A stretch of DNA of 57,410 bases, filler included, from Basidiobolus meristosporus CBS 931.73 (GCA_002104905.1; 3 parts of 3 records of this genome joined end to end with filler, not necessarily neighbours in it), one strand, 5' to 3'. Positions 22,460-37,047 are shown, counted from the first letter of the whole stretch. The notes: generated by a model from the sequence alone, not told the origin. Made by a program: numbers and translations.

Positions 22460-23507
22460 CGTAATAGATGCAAAGAGCTCAAATATGGACCAAAACTCTC
22501 CCTATCAATCAATGGTTGATAGCCTAATGTAGTTGATGGCATCTACATATCTAGATAAGGCAGTGGCAGTTGGAATACTCAGCTAATTCATGCAGAATTA
22601 TGGATCAGATCAAATTGCAGCAGTTAAGTGGATTTTCAGAATCCTACAAGTTACCATGAATATGGTACTGGAATACTCTGGATCAGCTAATAGGCAAAAA
22701 TTCGATGGTTATAGTGATTCAGATTGGGGTAGGGACCTGATTGACAGATGCTCTACCACAGGCTATGTATTTCTTTATGCTGGTGCAGCTATTATTTGGA
22801 ATTGCAAAAAGCAACCAACTGTAGCCCTATCTACAACTGAAGCCAAATATATGGCTGCATGTCAAGCAACTAAGGAGACTATATGGCTACAAAAATTATT
22901 CAAAGACTCAGGTTTTAATTCAGATGAACCAACATGTATTTACAAGGATAATCAAAGCGGTATTTCATTAGCTATAAATCCTACTAATCATGCCAGAATT
23001 AAGCACATTGATATACAGCATCACTTTGTGAGTGAATCTGCTGAAAATAACTTAGTGGAGTTAGTGTACTGCCCAACTCACAAAATAGTGGCAGATATAT
23101 TGACAAATCCACTAGCTAGGCCACAGTTTGACAATCTCAGGGAGGAATTAGGATTAAGAAATTATTTAGCTGAGGGGGAGTGTTGAAATATTGGACTATT
23201 TGGTATCACTCTGCAGCTAAAAATTTAATTAACAATTGTAAACTAGCCTTGGTCACTGTGAGACTGATTTACAGCTCTAACTTTGCCACTTTCTTCAGAT
23301 CTATGATCTTAGGATTATTCCCCTATAGTTGGGATCAAATTAGCACTAATACTAACTATTATGTACTAGCCCTGAAACTGTTACAGAATGCTCCTGAATA
23401 CTGAGAAACCCTCCTTACTTAGTGTTACAGCTGTATTACTTCTGCAAAGGTATAAATACTGAGCTTCTTTATCAATAAACAACAGTTCAACTATTACCAC
23501 TATTTCT
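22460..23507 (+). mobile_element. Ty1/copia family B 3' end (RT-RNase H, PPT, 3' LTR from 23181)
   Basis: GYSDSDWGRD..STTGYVF..STTEAKYMA..KHIDIQHHF. PPT GCTGAGGGGGAG followed by TGTTGAAATATTGG. The LTR end is approximate, and a short LTR-start copy sits at 23891. Confidence 0.88.
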
Positions 23508-24199
23508 TGATATGTTCCTTATATCCAAATCACTTCTTATATTGTGGCACTATCAAGATCACAATTGGTTCAGAAGCATCAAATAAGCATATGTCAGACC
23601 AACTGGCCTTGAATGCAGCAATCAACTTAGAACTCACTTAATCTTCTCCATTCTCAACAGATGACTGGATCTTGCATATTACAGCAATGAACTTCAGCCA
23701 ATAAAAAGAAGACAAAGACTATGAAGGAGTCCTATATGCATTCATATATAGGAACTGTAAATTTGAACCTACAGTTGTAGAAAAGATGGCTACTCTGTAG
23801 TAACCCAGCACTTAGCTGGAGCACCCACTGCATTCAGATCCAAAATGATAACAAGACTTATGCACTAATGCCTACCAGACCTGAATCATCTGTTGACATA
23901 TTGGACTATTTGGTAACACCTCTTTAATTTTCATATCATCTTGGTTAATTACAATGTCTAAGTCACAAGTGAACTCAAGAAGACGCAGCTTGTAGAGTAC
24001 TTAGAAAAGGTACACAATGTTTCTCAAGGTAGCTATACAAGTGGATTCCTCTACACAAGTTCCCCAGATAGATGTTCCTTGGAATGGTTTCCCATCATTG
24101 CAGATTTTGTGGGCACTTTGCTAAACTGCATTGCTTCAGAAGACTTGGCTTCAGAAAAAAGTTGACATTAGCACAGATGTTGTAGATTAAACCATTGGT

Positions 24200-25150
24200 A
24201 GAGACATAGGCCAAGATTAAGATGAAATGAATACTCAGTGGCAATAGAATACTAGAAGCTCAACGCAACAGAAATAAACTACCTTGTGAATGAGAAGGAG
24301 ATAGTTGCCAAGGAGTTAAGTGTACTGTGCAGACTGATTTTACCTCACTCAGGTACCTATTCACTAAAAATATATTGTCCTGAAGAATGCATTCAGTAAC
24401 CTGACTTCAAATTTTTTACTGCTTGAGGAAGCACAACATGGTTGCCAATGCATTATCATAACTAGAACTAGTTGCACAACTCAACTTGGGACACAAGCCA
24501 GATTGGCCTAGCTCATTATCAATGTACTATTAATGAGTTATGTCAGACATTAACAACATATTCCAGGATGAAGCTAGCAAATTTGTTTTACAGTGTGAAG
24601 TACTCTGGAAGCATACCTAAAAATGCTGCAGATCCAGCACCTGAATATTTTGACACATCACCTCAGCAACAATTGAGTTAATGTACATTTAATGGTCTGC
24701 CTAGTGAAATGCCAACCATGTATGCTGATGGGACTGACAGTCAATGGGATGAGTGCATAAACCAAGCTATGTTTGCCTGCTGAGTGTGAATGCACAACAA
24801 TATCCACAGTTGCCATTTATTTGCGTATGGATCTGAGCCAAGGATAGCAGGACATCTCATATAACAAAAGCCTACAGACACATTGGAGCATGAACCCAGT
24901 CAACCAAATAGTAACTAACAGCAGGAACAAAGATTTCAAGAGGCATAGGTCAGAGTGCCTGAAAGTGCAGAAAAAATGAAGCAGAGATCTGCTAGTACTG
25001 TATCATCATAAGCATTGACAGTGGCAAGCTTTGTGTTACCAAGAATCAGCACTTGAAAGAAGCTTGAGCCTTAATAGATGGCACCATTTAAGCTCATCAG
25101 AGAATGTTCATTTGCAACTCACTAACTGGTAGAGAAATAAGGGAGTATCT
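24200..25150 (+). mobile_element. Heavily decayed Ty3/gypsy RNase H-integrase remnant
   Basis: Fragments EKEIVAK, RKHNMVANALS and QWDECINQAMFA..LFAYGSEPR in gypsy order. Confidence 0.55.
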
Positions 25151-27669
25151 AAAAGGATTTTGTTCATAAAGATGCACTTAGGCTTGGAAGACTCACCAAC
25201 AATGCTGAACCATCACAATTCTGGTATTGTAAGAAAAGAGATTCAGGAGAGCCCTTTGGCCTTTGTAAGGGGAATTTTAAGATCTGCCACATCAATGCTT
25301 AAGTTAAATCAGCTCTTAGTCAAATCAAGTATCCGTATACCTGGTCTAATAGCTTATCAGTAAAATCTATCAATTTAGTAGTATCAGTTGGTATATAAAT
25401 TGGCATATTCTTATCAGACAGATATAGGTGTTAATTGGGTGATGATAATGCAACTAAGTTGAATAATCAGCTTAAAATGAGCATCACATAAAATATGCAC
25501 CTGAAAGTATAATTAGTCAGCACCAGACCTGTCAGAATATATATAAGGAGTAGCTGGAACCTCAACAACAAGCAGCCTGCATTATGGTGAATATGCTACT
25601 AGCTAAGCTCCATATTCCTTGACAACCCTGATGATAAGACTTTCAACATCTGCACTTGACATTTAACCTTGCCTCATACTTCACAATAACTCCATCAATG
25701 TAAATAGCTCAACAGGCTCCATTACCCAAATGTTGCTTTGCTCAAGCCATTGATAGGGGCTCTGTGGCTTAAAGTTGCAACTGGCTTGCAGGCTCAAATA
25801 TCTCTTGGTTTGTAGTTGCTTGGCAAGTTCTGGTACCTCATCTACCAGTCTTTGCAAATACTCCTTGCATTGCCAAAGAGCTTTTGCTGTGCACTGCAGT
25901 TGAAGACATACTGCAACATCTTAATATGTTTATGTTAAGATCATCTTGTACAATTAAGTTACCCTGGCTTTTAGTCAGGTCATTTCATTTTGATGTTTAT
26001 CCTATCAGTACATTAGTGTCTTGTCTAAAATCTGCTGTACTGTTCAGCTGATGAATTGGTAGATCACTTCCAGACGGAAATAGATGAATTGAGCAAGATC
26101 TTTTTTGGTGAGGATGATGATGGAAAATGGGTATTCAGATGCAGTCTATATTAGCATATACAACAAATGAGCACTTAATCTTGCAAAACATTGATAAGTA
26201 GCTGCAAGAATTGCAAAAGATATCAATTCAAGCTTGATAAGCAAGATATTAGCTATACTCCCTATTCCTCTACTACTCTTATATCAACCCTTGTGATGTT
26301 GGAAGCAGCAATCACCATAAACCACACTCCTGAGGAAATAAGAAGCCTCCTATAGGATGTTGAATAATTCAGAGTACCAGAAGGCTATTGAGCAAATATG
26401 AGCATAGCAGCAACAATTACTCCAGATCCTCAGCCAGTGCCAGCTTGGGACAACAACCATGGTCAGTACTAGCAAAGCCCAGTCAAAAGCAAGTTTGTCT
26501 ATAGGTCAACCTCTGCATGGCTGGTCAATGAATGAGTGAGTTAAATAAAGCTGGCTGCTTTTCCAAAGTGTCCAAATACCTAGAGCCTCCTATTGATCAA
26601 ACTGCCAATCAATAAGTCATCTGCTTTGCCAGTGGATAGTTGATTGTGTCTTTTATATCCAAAACACATGAACTTTAATCTTTGAACAAGTGGTTGTAAA
26701 GAGCACACAAGTAATCAGGCAAATGCAAAATGGTATCAGTAGGGGTAATAATGCTATATATTTGATACACTTTTGGATGGCATTTTTCATAGGGGTTTTG
26801 TCTCAGTTCTGAGGCTACATACAATACTTACAGCTAGTATGTAAAGACAAAGTATATATTACTGAAACAATTTTTTGCTGTTTATGCCATGACAGCATAT
26901 GCTATCTTAAAATAGCTTGAAGCAATTGCATTATTGCTTACTTAACTCTCAAGCAAAGGCTTAGCTGGAGCATTTGGCATGGATTCACTTTGCAAGCCAG
27001 AACTAAGAAGGCTAGCATAAAATTATTAACATTTCAGCTGAAGCCCAAGTTTCTCCCAATTTACAATACCCAATATTCCAGGTACCATTGCTGAGGGTGG
27101 CAAGCAGGTATGTTGCTGACAATAAAAAAATGCAAACTAGTGCTCATGCCAGCTTCATTGGTCAATAGCTCACAATACCGCCAAAAATGCAGCCAAAGTA
27201 CTCAGAAACAAACCAGCAAGACAATAATAACAACCACCACAACGTAACTAACTGGCTCTTGTGGACCTGAACCTAATTGAGCAGCTTGGCAAGTTCTGGT
27301 ATTCACACAAGGAGCTACATACATCAGCTTTGTGCCAGTTACTTTTGCAGTAGATTGGTGCAGATGGTGTTGTTTTTGACTGATGCGCTGGCTTACAGTT
27401 ATTAGTAAGGACTTCAACAATGGACACTTGCACAGTCAAGAAGTAGCTACATGAATCTGTCTTCCTTCTCTTCAGATTCACTTTTACTGTTTGCAAATGC
27501 TAATTATCTTTTTTCAGATAGCTTGCACACACTATTTTGATAAGTCCTGGGTTTACTGTGCTCAGAAACTACGTAACTCAATTGACATATTATCCAGCAC
27601 ATTAGTTATGCAAAGCAAAAACCTGCTCCCAATTTGCTGTCTAATGAGACTTTGTCCTGCAAGATGTAC

Positions 27670-29416
27670 TTTTTGTCTGGCAAGTTTCCCATATTTGCAG
27701 GCTTCACAGTGCTCAAAACTAGCAGGGGGATCACTTTTACTTTGGAAATTAGCTGATCTTTGATCTTTTTGCGCAAGTAATCAAAATTGATGTGCCTAAA
27801 TCTCCTATGACAAAGCATTGGTGTTTCTTCACTTAAGTTACTTATATTGGCATCCAGATATGACGGAATATAAGTCAACTAGTATAGACTCTGATCTCTG
27901 ATACCCAAAGCAATATGGGCACCCCTTTGATCAGTGACCCTGCATCCAGAATTTTCAAAGCTGTACAGAGTCCTTCTGCTACAGCCTTGGTTACGGATAG
28001 TAAGTTCTTTGCTATTTCTGGTCCATAGAGTACTTCTTTAAAGGCCAGTGTATGGCATCCTTTACTGCTTCTAATATTTACTTGGATAGTTCCTTCTCCC
28101 ATTGCATCAAGTGTTCTATTGTCACCCATCAAAACCTTCCTAATTGGAATTTCATGTTATTGGGTAAGAGTTTTTTTGGCTTGTAAAGTGTTGAGATGCT
28201 CCAGAGTCAAATAACACCTCTGAGAATCCTTGTTTGTGGTCATATTTGCGCAAATATGAATAGCCTATCTTGAGTTGCTGCAGCATTTTCATATTCAGGC
28301 TTCTTTTGCTGATTATCTCTCTTTTTGACATGCCAATCTGATATGTGTCCTTTCCTTTTACAATAGTTGCAAAAAAGGTTACTGTTGCCTTTGTAGGGTC
28401 TTGGGTACCTCCTTTGTTGGTTATTACTGCCTATTAAAGCATTTTCTTCTTTCTACTTATTGGTGCTTGATTTTCTTAATTCTTCATCCAGGAGCCTTCC
28501 AAACATGTAAGCTAAGGTCAAATCTTCAGTTCTGGACTCTAGAGCTGATACAAGGCTCCAAAATTTTTCTGCGAGGCTATTCCGGATGATAACTACCACA
28601 TTTTCATCAGTGGTAGGTATTCCCACATATTCCAGCTCATCCACAATTCTGTTAATTAGATTTCTGATTTCTTCTGCTGGATGCATCTTCATAGTAAAAA
28701 ATTCTTGTCTCTGATACATTTTCTTGGCAGCTGAACATGACTGGTAGGTGTCTTCTAATGCTTTCCAGGCATTCTGTGTCATTTTTACTCTTGGGCATTG
28801 TATGAGCAATTTGTCCTTGACATTAAGGCAAATGCAGTTAAAGGCACTTTGTTCTTTCTTCTGGTACTTTTGCACTTCCTCTCCCACACTTTTAGGAGTG
28901 CATTCTTCTCCCATGACAATATCCCAAAGACCTCTTTCTTGTAGCAGTAAATTCATCTTCATCTCTCACACTTGGTAGTGAAATCCATCCAACTTTTCAG
29001 CTGAGGGAAAAACTCCAGTTATAGCAGTAGTAGACATTGCAGCAAGTGACAGCTTGGGGCTCATAACCTGTTGTAAGAGTCTTGAAGATATTGGCAGTCA
29101 TTGGGAGAATGAGTAGATTATATGGTTTTCACTTAATGGTTATTAAATGTAAAAGTAATATTTATACTTTTACATGATCTTGGCATAATAAACATGTAGA
29201 ATAGGCTTAGGAAGGTCCCAAGAACATGTGTGCAAGGTTTGGCGCTGTTTGATCAACTTTGAGAATTTTCATGTTCTGGGTACATGGCATTTTGGTGAAA
29301 ATATTCCAAGTAGATCCCAACAAGGAATTTGGTCAGTATTCTCTAGGATTTGAAGATAATGATCTAGATGACTAAGTTGGATGAATATTTAGGTGGAATC
29401 ACAAATTTTTATAACA
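27670..29416 (-). mobile_element. Ty1/copia family A 5' part (5' LTR 29069-29416, PBS 29056-29068, gag-PR)
   Basis: Colinear with 54050-55809. Gag ORF 28453-28962, broken by frameshifts. Confidence 0.92.
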
Positions 29417-30003
29417 AAGACACCTCTTTAAACACTCCTTTATGTCTAAAGACCCCTTTAGAGACTTCTACACAACACCCCTTTGGGTTACAGGGGAGCT
29501 CAGAGCTTCCATAATAGGAAATATATTATCAGAGTGGAATGTAACTTCTAAATAAAGAAAAGCTGCTATCAAAGTTAAGAAGCCCAATAGCCAACAGAAG
29601 GTCAGAACACTGCTGTAGAAGTGAGAAGCTCTGCCAATAGTATAATCTGATCCTAAGATTGAGGATACTAAAGAAAGTTATATTTTCTATTGATATATCA
29701 AACTCCCAATAAACTCTCTCAGTATCTGAATACTGGCAGTGGTTGTGTATTGTTGATTTGCCTCTACATTGTAGAACAAGCCCCAAACTAATCATAACAC
29801 AACACAACAGATGACTTGTTTGATTGCATCATCATCACCTAGTTATATCCTACTTAATATATGTATCTCTATTTGATAACAATCTGCTGATTCATATGCT
29901 GACTTATACTGCTGATTTGATAGATACTACTGGTCTAATGGTAAGCTAACTATAAAGCTGATTGACTTCACTAAAGACTGTTCTAACTCAAATATTCAAG
30001 TGG

Positions 30004-31069
30004 TGTGGTGGTGTATAAGTCCAAGGGAGAGATATGTCCAACACTTCTAAAGTGTTTTGTGTATGAGGTGTTCACTGTGTGCAAAAGCCTCTGGTAAAAT
30101 CTTGCTGGGCATACTTAGGTTTTGGCTCTACTATGAGGCAAAGGAGAATAAAGCTACAACCTTGTCATTGTAAAGCTATTGTCTTACAATTCCCAACTTA
30201 GTTTGCATCTTAACAAAAGCATGTGCTGAGTTCAACATCCTTTGAGGTGACTATGTACTAAAGCTCTCAAAGTCAAAACAACTGTAAACTCCATCAGTAG
30301 GGACTTGATGAGAATGCAAATGTGGTCAATAATTATGAAGAGAGAAAAGTATCTTTGCCTGCACAACATCAAACTTGGGAAAAAATTAAATATAAAAAAG
30401 ATACTGACTCTGAGTATTCCTTGCAAGTAGAACCTCCAAGGTTTGTTGGCTGTCAGCGCAGTTTCCTTGGAGTATCATGTGGTCTGGGATTGGAAATTCA
30501 GGAAGCAGCAGGTAGCAGTGATCACACTCAACAACATGTTGGTATATTGATAAAGGGATGATGATTTATTGTTGAGGGATTGACTCTCTTATATACTTCT
30601 CTCACTGGCTAAATGATTACTATTCATGGTGTACTGCAAGATTCTGGAGATCAATAGAATTCTATATGACTTCAAAAGGAGCTAAATTTATTCTAAGTAG
30701 ATGCCCATTGGCACTAAGAGGCACTGCACATCCAACCAATCAGGGATCAGTATCTAGAAATCTGTGTAACATAGGGACACCATATATGTAATGAAAATGC
30801 TAGAGATAGTGCACAGCTTGATCATGTGTCATAGATCAATGCATGGATACTTGCATAATATTGAAGCACTTAAACCAAGCAATCTTACATAAAGTGAGGG
30901 ATAACTATGCAATAAATAAGCAGGTACCATAGGTAAGCAGCTTATGGGATAGTACTGATCACAAAAGACAAATGGGAAAAAACTCATATAAGATTAGTAG
31001 AGAAATAGGAAAGTAAAAATTACGCAGATGGGCATATCTGTCAATGGGTGTCACAATGACCCTACTACA
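30004..31069 (-). mobile_element. Gypsy solo LTR (same family as 40225-41296)
   Basis: Starts TGTGGTGGTGTATAAGTCCAAGGG and ends CCTACTACA. Clearly homologous throughout. No clean TSD. Confidence 0.85.
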
Positions 31070-31374
31070 GCTGTGTATTATAACACCAGCTTAGGTCTAT
31101 ATGACAGTTGTTGTTGCGTGCAGGTCTTATTTTAGCATGATGAATTATTAAAACCTTCTAGCAGCACCTTTCAAAGAGTGTAAAACATATCCTTATCTAG
31201 GAAAACTGAATTGCTGTACAATTGCAGTAGGTCTAAATTAGGTGTATCTGCCAGTACTGTGTTACAATTTTACAAGTATTTGGATACAGGAAATTATCAA
31301 CAAATATTAAAATAGCTGAGCTATGGTTTCCTTTAAAGAAGCTTAACACTTTTACCTCTGTAGAAGTAAAACAA

Positions 31375-31701
31375 TGTTAGAATATTGAACTATTTGGTAT
31401 TATTCAGCAGCTAAAGGACTACTTATCAGTTCTGAATTAGGCTTAGTTAATGTAGAGCTAGTTTACAGCCCTAACTTAGCCACTTTCTTTCACATCTGTA
31501 TTCCTATGATTTCCCCTTAGAGTCAGATCAAATTAGTATATCTAACAAACATTATGTATTAACCCGGAAACAGCTACAGAATGCTCCTGAGTGTTAAGAA
31601 ACTCTCCATACTTAATGTTTTGGTTGTATTAGCTCTACACAGGTACAAATGAATAGCTCCTTTATGAATATACAAATGGCTCAACTATTGTTGCTATTAC
31701 A
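31375..31701 (+). mobile_element. Copia family B-type solo LTR
   Basis: TGTTAGAATATTGAACTATTTGG...CTATTACA, homologous to the LTR at 23181. No TSD seen. Confidence 0.65.
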
Positions 31702-32099
31702 TAATAAGTCCTCAATAACTAAGACACTTTGTGAGTTGCAACATATGGTTGTAATGCCAAGATAAGAGAGTATTTCAGTATTCCAGAGAATACTGCAACA
31801 GCTACAGGGCTAATACAAAATGTTTGTCAACAGTGGTAATTTGATCTTCTTGGTGGATTGGGTAATATAGGCACCTATGATGAGCCAGAAGATAAGCAGG
31901 AGCCACCAAAGTCCATTGGTGGTTTCAAAAATCCTAAAAAATTGGGTGGTCTTGGTGGGAAGCAACTCTAGGATAATAAACTTGCAACAAAGTGGCACAG
32001 TTAGAGCTGTAAATGAGTCTTACAGTAACTGATACTAGCACAGAAGTGTCTTGTACGTTTTTGACTTCTGAAGGATACAAAATAGTCTAGTACCTCCAA

Positions 32100-34790
32100 A
32101 CTCCCCCTCAACAAAAAAATTTCTTAATCTCAATCTCTCTCTCTCTCTGATATTCCCAAATTGAAGCCAGGCAAGTGAATTTGTCAATATTTCTGCTACC
32201 ATTTTGTCATTTGGGCAGCAAACTAACTCTATTAAAAGATTTTTTATGCTTCCTTCACCAAGAAAAGTTGTTTAGCTATGTGCTCATTGCTGATATGATT
32301 GGTAGGACTCCTAATTACTAAAATACAGCTTAGATCCATATTGTAAATACATGCTGCATCATCTAAATTAAAGCATAAGTCTTTAGTAATTTTGTAATCA
32401 TATAGCATCCTCAATGGCTTGACTCTTACAACCCCCTATTGGAAAAGCAGTTTTAACAATCATTTGGTATAGATCTAGACTGTATACAGCTGTCAGGAAT
32501 AGAACTGTCCTAATGGAGTAAGAAATGGCTACCATGGCCAATGTGTCCTTAAAGTCTAGTCCCTGGATCAGGTAGCAGTCATTACACACCACTCTGTCTC
32601 TCTGCTCATTGAAAGTACCACTTGAAGTAATCTTGATCTTGTCAGTACATATGAGCACTATTTGCTGTCTCCCAGATGGTGAATTTACCTGTTCTCACAT
32701 TTTTGCCCTGATCAGTGATTAACACTTTTAAAGCATGTCTTGTTAACACTTGGTGGCATCTGGACTTTGCAATGTTTGTTCCAGTTTCTGAGGTTTGGTA
32801 CATAAGGCAAGATAAGATTCATCATGATCATTGTATGTCTGCCATCAATATTCCGGGGCATTTCTGACTCTTGAAGCTTGCCTAACAAGCATAATTTTTG
32901 CCAATCTGGATCTGTTAAAATTCTCTTCCTATATCAGATTTGTTTCTACTTCATTTGTAGTAGTTGCATCACCAGATTGCTGATCAATAATCTTAGTGGC
33001 TTTCTGATCTACATTATCATCAAATACAGTGTCCCTACTATTAATCAGCTTCTGGACTTTCCCATCACACAATCTACACCCTTTAGTTTCCTCATAATAG
33101 CCAAGTAAGATACATTTTCTACTCTTTGGTTCCAACTTTGAGTATCATTTGTTGGGGATGTGATAGATAATGTAACAGTAAGCTCAAAGCTATTCCATGC
33201 ACAGAGAGTACTTCAGTCAGTATTACTGTCTTCACCCCTGAGTTATCACTCATATCTAGCTCTATAGGCCAACTGGCAGTTGCTTCCAGTACAGAGTGTC
33301 TTGCAGATAAACATTTGTTTCAGGAGCAGTCTTTAAGATGTTGACCACTCCAATTGTATAGTTACAAATAACTTCTTTTTGTTAGCTCTATGCCTTGCCA
33401 GTTCCAGCTTCTGTCATTTGTAAACATGTATTGCTTGTATTATTGTGCCTGGTGTCCTGGCTTCTTACAGTAGATACAGCTACCATGTGCTCCTAGGTTC
33501 TGTTGCTTTCCCTTCTTACATGTATACCTTCCTGGGCTGAATAAAGCATTTTACTGCACTTTCTGGGCTTGGTTGTTACATCTAAATCTTGGAGAAGAAG
33601 TCTGCATATTACATATTCTAAAGTAAACTATCTTCTCTGCATTGAAAAGAAAGTATAAATGACTCATACTTGTCTGGTACACTGCAAAATAGACAGAGTA
33701 TCTTTTCTTCATTGTTGACACCAACATTGATATTGTGGCACTTCTGCATGTTACTCCATTCTGGCAATGAGTCATAGCATGTCAACATTGGTCTTCTTTC
33801 TCATACTCAAAAACTTTGGTTTTACCTTAAGCTTCCTTATTACTAAGCTTGAGGATCTTTTCAGAGAGTTCCCAAGCTGCTTTGGCAATATAAAAGCATG
33901 AATTTTTCCAATGATGGAAGCTTGCACATCAAGGCATATAGTATTCAATGCCTTTCTCTGCTAATCACAAAGGTTTGCAACTTCTGCTGCTCCTTAGGAT
34001 TCATTATCCCCCTGTAACAATATTCCTAAGCTTTCATTCACCAAGGTAGATCTGCTTCTTAATTCTCCAAATTCTGCAGCTCTTCCATTCATATCAGTCC
34101 TTCACAGGGAAAATATATGCTTTTATATACTGATCTACAGTTTGTTGACATATCCCAAATTGGTGGATATGCTGGATTGTGCACTTTTGCCTTGGCCAAC
34201 AAATGGTACTCAGCCTGCATTCTTTGTTGCCATATTGTACATATGAACTGTTTGTTGCTTGTTCCAGATTGTGAGGCTCAGCACATAAAGGTTGGAAAAG
34301 CATCTTCACAATTATTTGTTATTTGCCAATTTGCTCCTTGGGCACTCTTATGCTGGCAAATCTGCTTACCAGGATAATCTCCTCCATTCTGATTCTAGTG
34401 GAATCTTGATTTGCATCTGACAATTATGGATTCAAGTCTTGTAAATTATTAGTGACAGAGCTATCAAGCATCTTGGCATTCATATCAGAGGCTTTCTGAT
34501 TTGTAGCAAGCTCAAACACAAGGTCCATGCTCTGAAGCAGCTTCTGGATGTAGCCATCCCTGAATCTATGCCCTTTGGTTCCTGGATAATACCTCCAAAA
34601 AATCCCTTTCTTACTCTTTGGCCCCAATACTGGCAATTTTTGGCTGGAGTTACTGTACTAATTGTAAGAGTTCCTGAGATGCCACAGCTTGGGTTTTTGC
34701 CTGTATATCAATCAATAAGTGAGAACTGCTGTAGTATAGTAGCTGATCACTTATTCCTAATATACAGATCAGTAGTAGCAGATTTGGGAC
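32100..34790 (-). mobile_element. Decayed Ty1/copia fragments (RH-RT-INT-gag plus a second INT piece)
   Basis: PPT-like GAGGGGGAG at about 32101-32109. LEPKSRKCILLGYYEETKGCRL, YQMIVKTAF and LGPKSKKGIF..YYPGTKGHR fragments. Confidence 0.7.
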
Positions 34791-34800
34791 ATCAATTCAT

Positions 34801-35877
34801 TGTGGTGGTGTATAAGTCAAAGGGAGAGATATGTACAACTCTTCTCAAGTGCTTTGTGTGTGGGGTGTACACTAGGTGCAGTAACCTCTGGCAAAAGCTT
34901 GCTAGGTATACTTGGCTTTTGTCTCTAATCTAATGTCATAGGGAAAAAGCAACAAGCTTGCCACGGGAAAATATTGAGCTACAATTCCCAACTTAGTTGG
35001 CATCTTAGAAATGTACTTGCTGGGTTTGGCATCCTTTGAGATGACGATGTACTAAAGCTTCTAAAGTCAAAACAACTGTAATTTCTACCAGCAGGGATTT
35101 GATAAGAATGCAGCTGTGGTCAATAGTTACAAAGACAGAAAAGTATCTTAGCCTGCACAAGAACAAACTTGGAAAGAATCAATTATAATTGAAGATACCA
35201 ACTCTGAGTATTCCTCACAAGTAGTGCCTCCAAGGTCAGTTGGCTGTCAGCATGGTTTCCTAGGAGTGTGCTGTGGTCTTGGGTTGGAAGTTCAGGTAGC
35301 AGCAGGTAGCAGTGAGCACACTAATCAACCAGCTAGTATATTGATAAAAGGGATGATGCTTTATTGTTGAGAGATTGGCTGCCTTACATACTTTCTCACT
35401 AGCTAATTGATTACTAATCACAGTGTTCCAGAAGGCTCTGGAGATCAATAGAAATCTTAATGACATCAGAATGAGCTAAGAGTATTCTAAGTAGATGCCA
35501 GAATGTCCTAAGAGGCCCAGCCCATCCAACCAATCAGGAATCAGTACTTTGAAGCTTGTGTAACATAGGGATACCATATATGGTATGGGAATGGTAGGGA
35601 TGGTGGCACAGGTTGACCATATGTCATGGGTACTGGTGGTGGGTACTGGTGCAGGTACTTACCTAATATAGAAGCATTTACAGCTAGTAATCTTACATTA
35701 AGTGACGGATTAGTTATGCAATAAGGGAAGCAGGTGTGATAGTCAACTGGCTTATGGAATAGTACTGATCTAGTAACACAAATGGGATAAAACTAAAAAA
35801 GTGTAGTAGAGAAATAGGGAAGTAGAAAATATGGGAATCAGCACATCCACCAGTGGGTGCACTGTGACCCCACTACA
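34801..35877 (-). mobile_element. Gypsy solo LTR (1077 bp)
   Basis: TGTGGTGG...CCACTACA termini. Flanks TCAT/GCAT could be a 4-bp TSD with one mismatch. Confidence 0.88.
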
Positions 35878-35912
35878 GCATCATGGTCTTTAGCCAACAC
35901 TGCAAGGTCTAG

Positions 35913-37047
35913 TGTCATGATTGTATGACATCCTTTACTTTTCACAATCTGGCCAAATCAAGTTGGTGAAGAAATCCCAGTGCCTTCTAGAAAGTTCTGC
36001 TATATTCTAGCCACTTCTGGAAAGCTCCAAGTCACTGTTATACCATGGAACATTGTATGGAAGTTTCCCTTTGGAGTCTATGTAGCTCAATACAATATAT
36101 GGTAATTGTATGTCATGTGACCTATTGACTCAAACAGCTGACCCATGACATATGCCCATGTGACATGCTAGTCTGCTCTTTAGTATGTTTTTATTTTGGC
36201 ACAGTTACTGTGCCTTACCCCAGAACCCCGTAAGCATTTCCAATATCTCTTGGTATCTTTATTGTCAAAAGTATATATAGTTCTATTGCCACTTATGTAT
36301 TCCTCAGTCTGATGACCCAGGTCTCAAATAAACAGACTTGCCTTATTGATCCACACCTCAGTTCTTTCCTGGTCCAGCCTTGCCTAGCTCTACTCTCCTG
36401 CCTTGCATCTATTCATAACATCTAGCACCTTATCTGCCAGTCTTTGCAATAAATACTGGCAATGCTTAAGTGCATTTTTATGAGTACTGCTCTGGAAGAA
36501 GTACTGCAACTTCTTGGTGTGCATATTGGTACTCCAGAGTTTTACTATAGGCATTATGATAGTCTTTGAGCTCATGATGTCATGATCACATGACATCCTT
36601 GACCTTTTATGATCTGACCAAACCAAGTTTGTGAAGAAATCCCAGTTTCTTTGAGAAAATTCTATTATATACTAGCAACTTCTGGAAAGCTCCAAGTCAA
36701 CATTATACAATGGGACATAGTAAGGAAGCTCCCATATGGAGCTTATGTTGCTCAATACCATATGTAGTAATTGCATGTCACATGACCTAGTGACATGATC
36801 ACCCAACTCTAGACATATCCCCATGTGATGTTCTAGTCTATTCTTTAGTATGTTTTTATCTTGGTACTATTACTGTGCCTTGGCCAAGAACCCCGTAAGC
36901 ATTTGCAGATATCTCTTGGCATTCATATTGCCAGAAGTATGTATAGTCCTATTGCCTCTTATCTATTCCTCAGTCTGATAAACAAAGATCTCAAGTAAAC
37001 AGACTTACCTTGTTGATCTATACCTAAGTCCATTCCTGGTCCTGCCA
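35913..37047. repeat. Two diverged direct repeats of about 470 bp (35913-36380, 36578-37047), probably LTRs of another family
   Basis: Both start TGTCATGA and share blocks (GTGAAGAAATCCCAGT, ACTTCTGGAAAGCTCCAAGTCA, AGAACCCCGTAAGCATTT, TTCCTCAGTCTGAT). Roughly 75% identical by eye. Confidence 0.75.

Noticed and set aside
35913-37047. TRIM (miniature LTR element)
   Set aside because: No PBS, PPT or TSD found, and the spacer resembles an unrelated repeat at about 25.9 kb.
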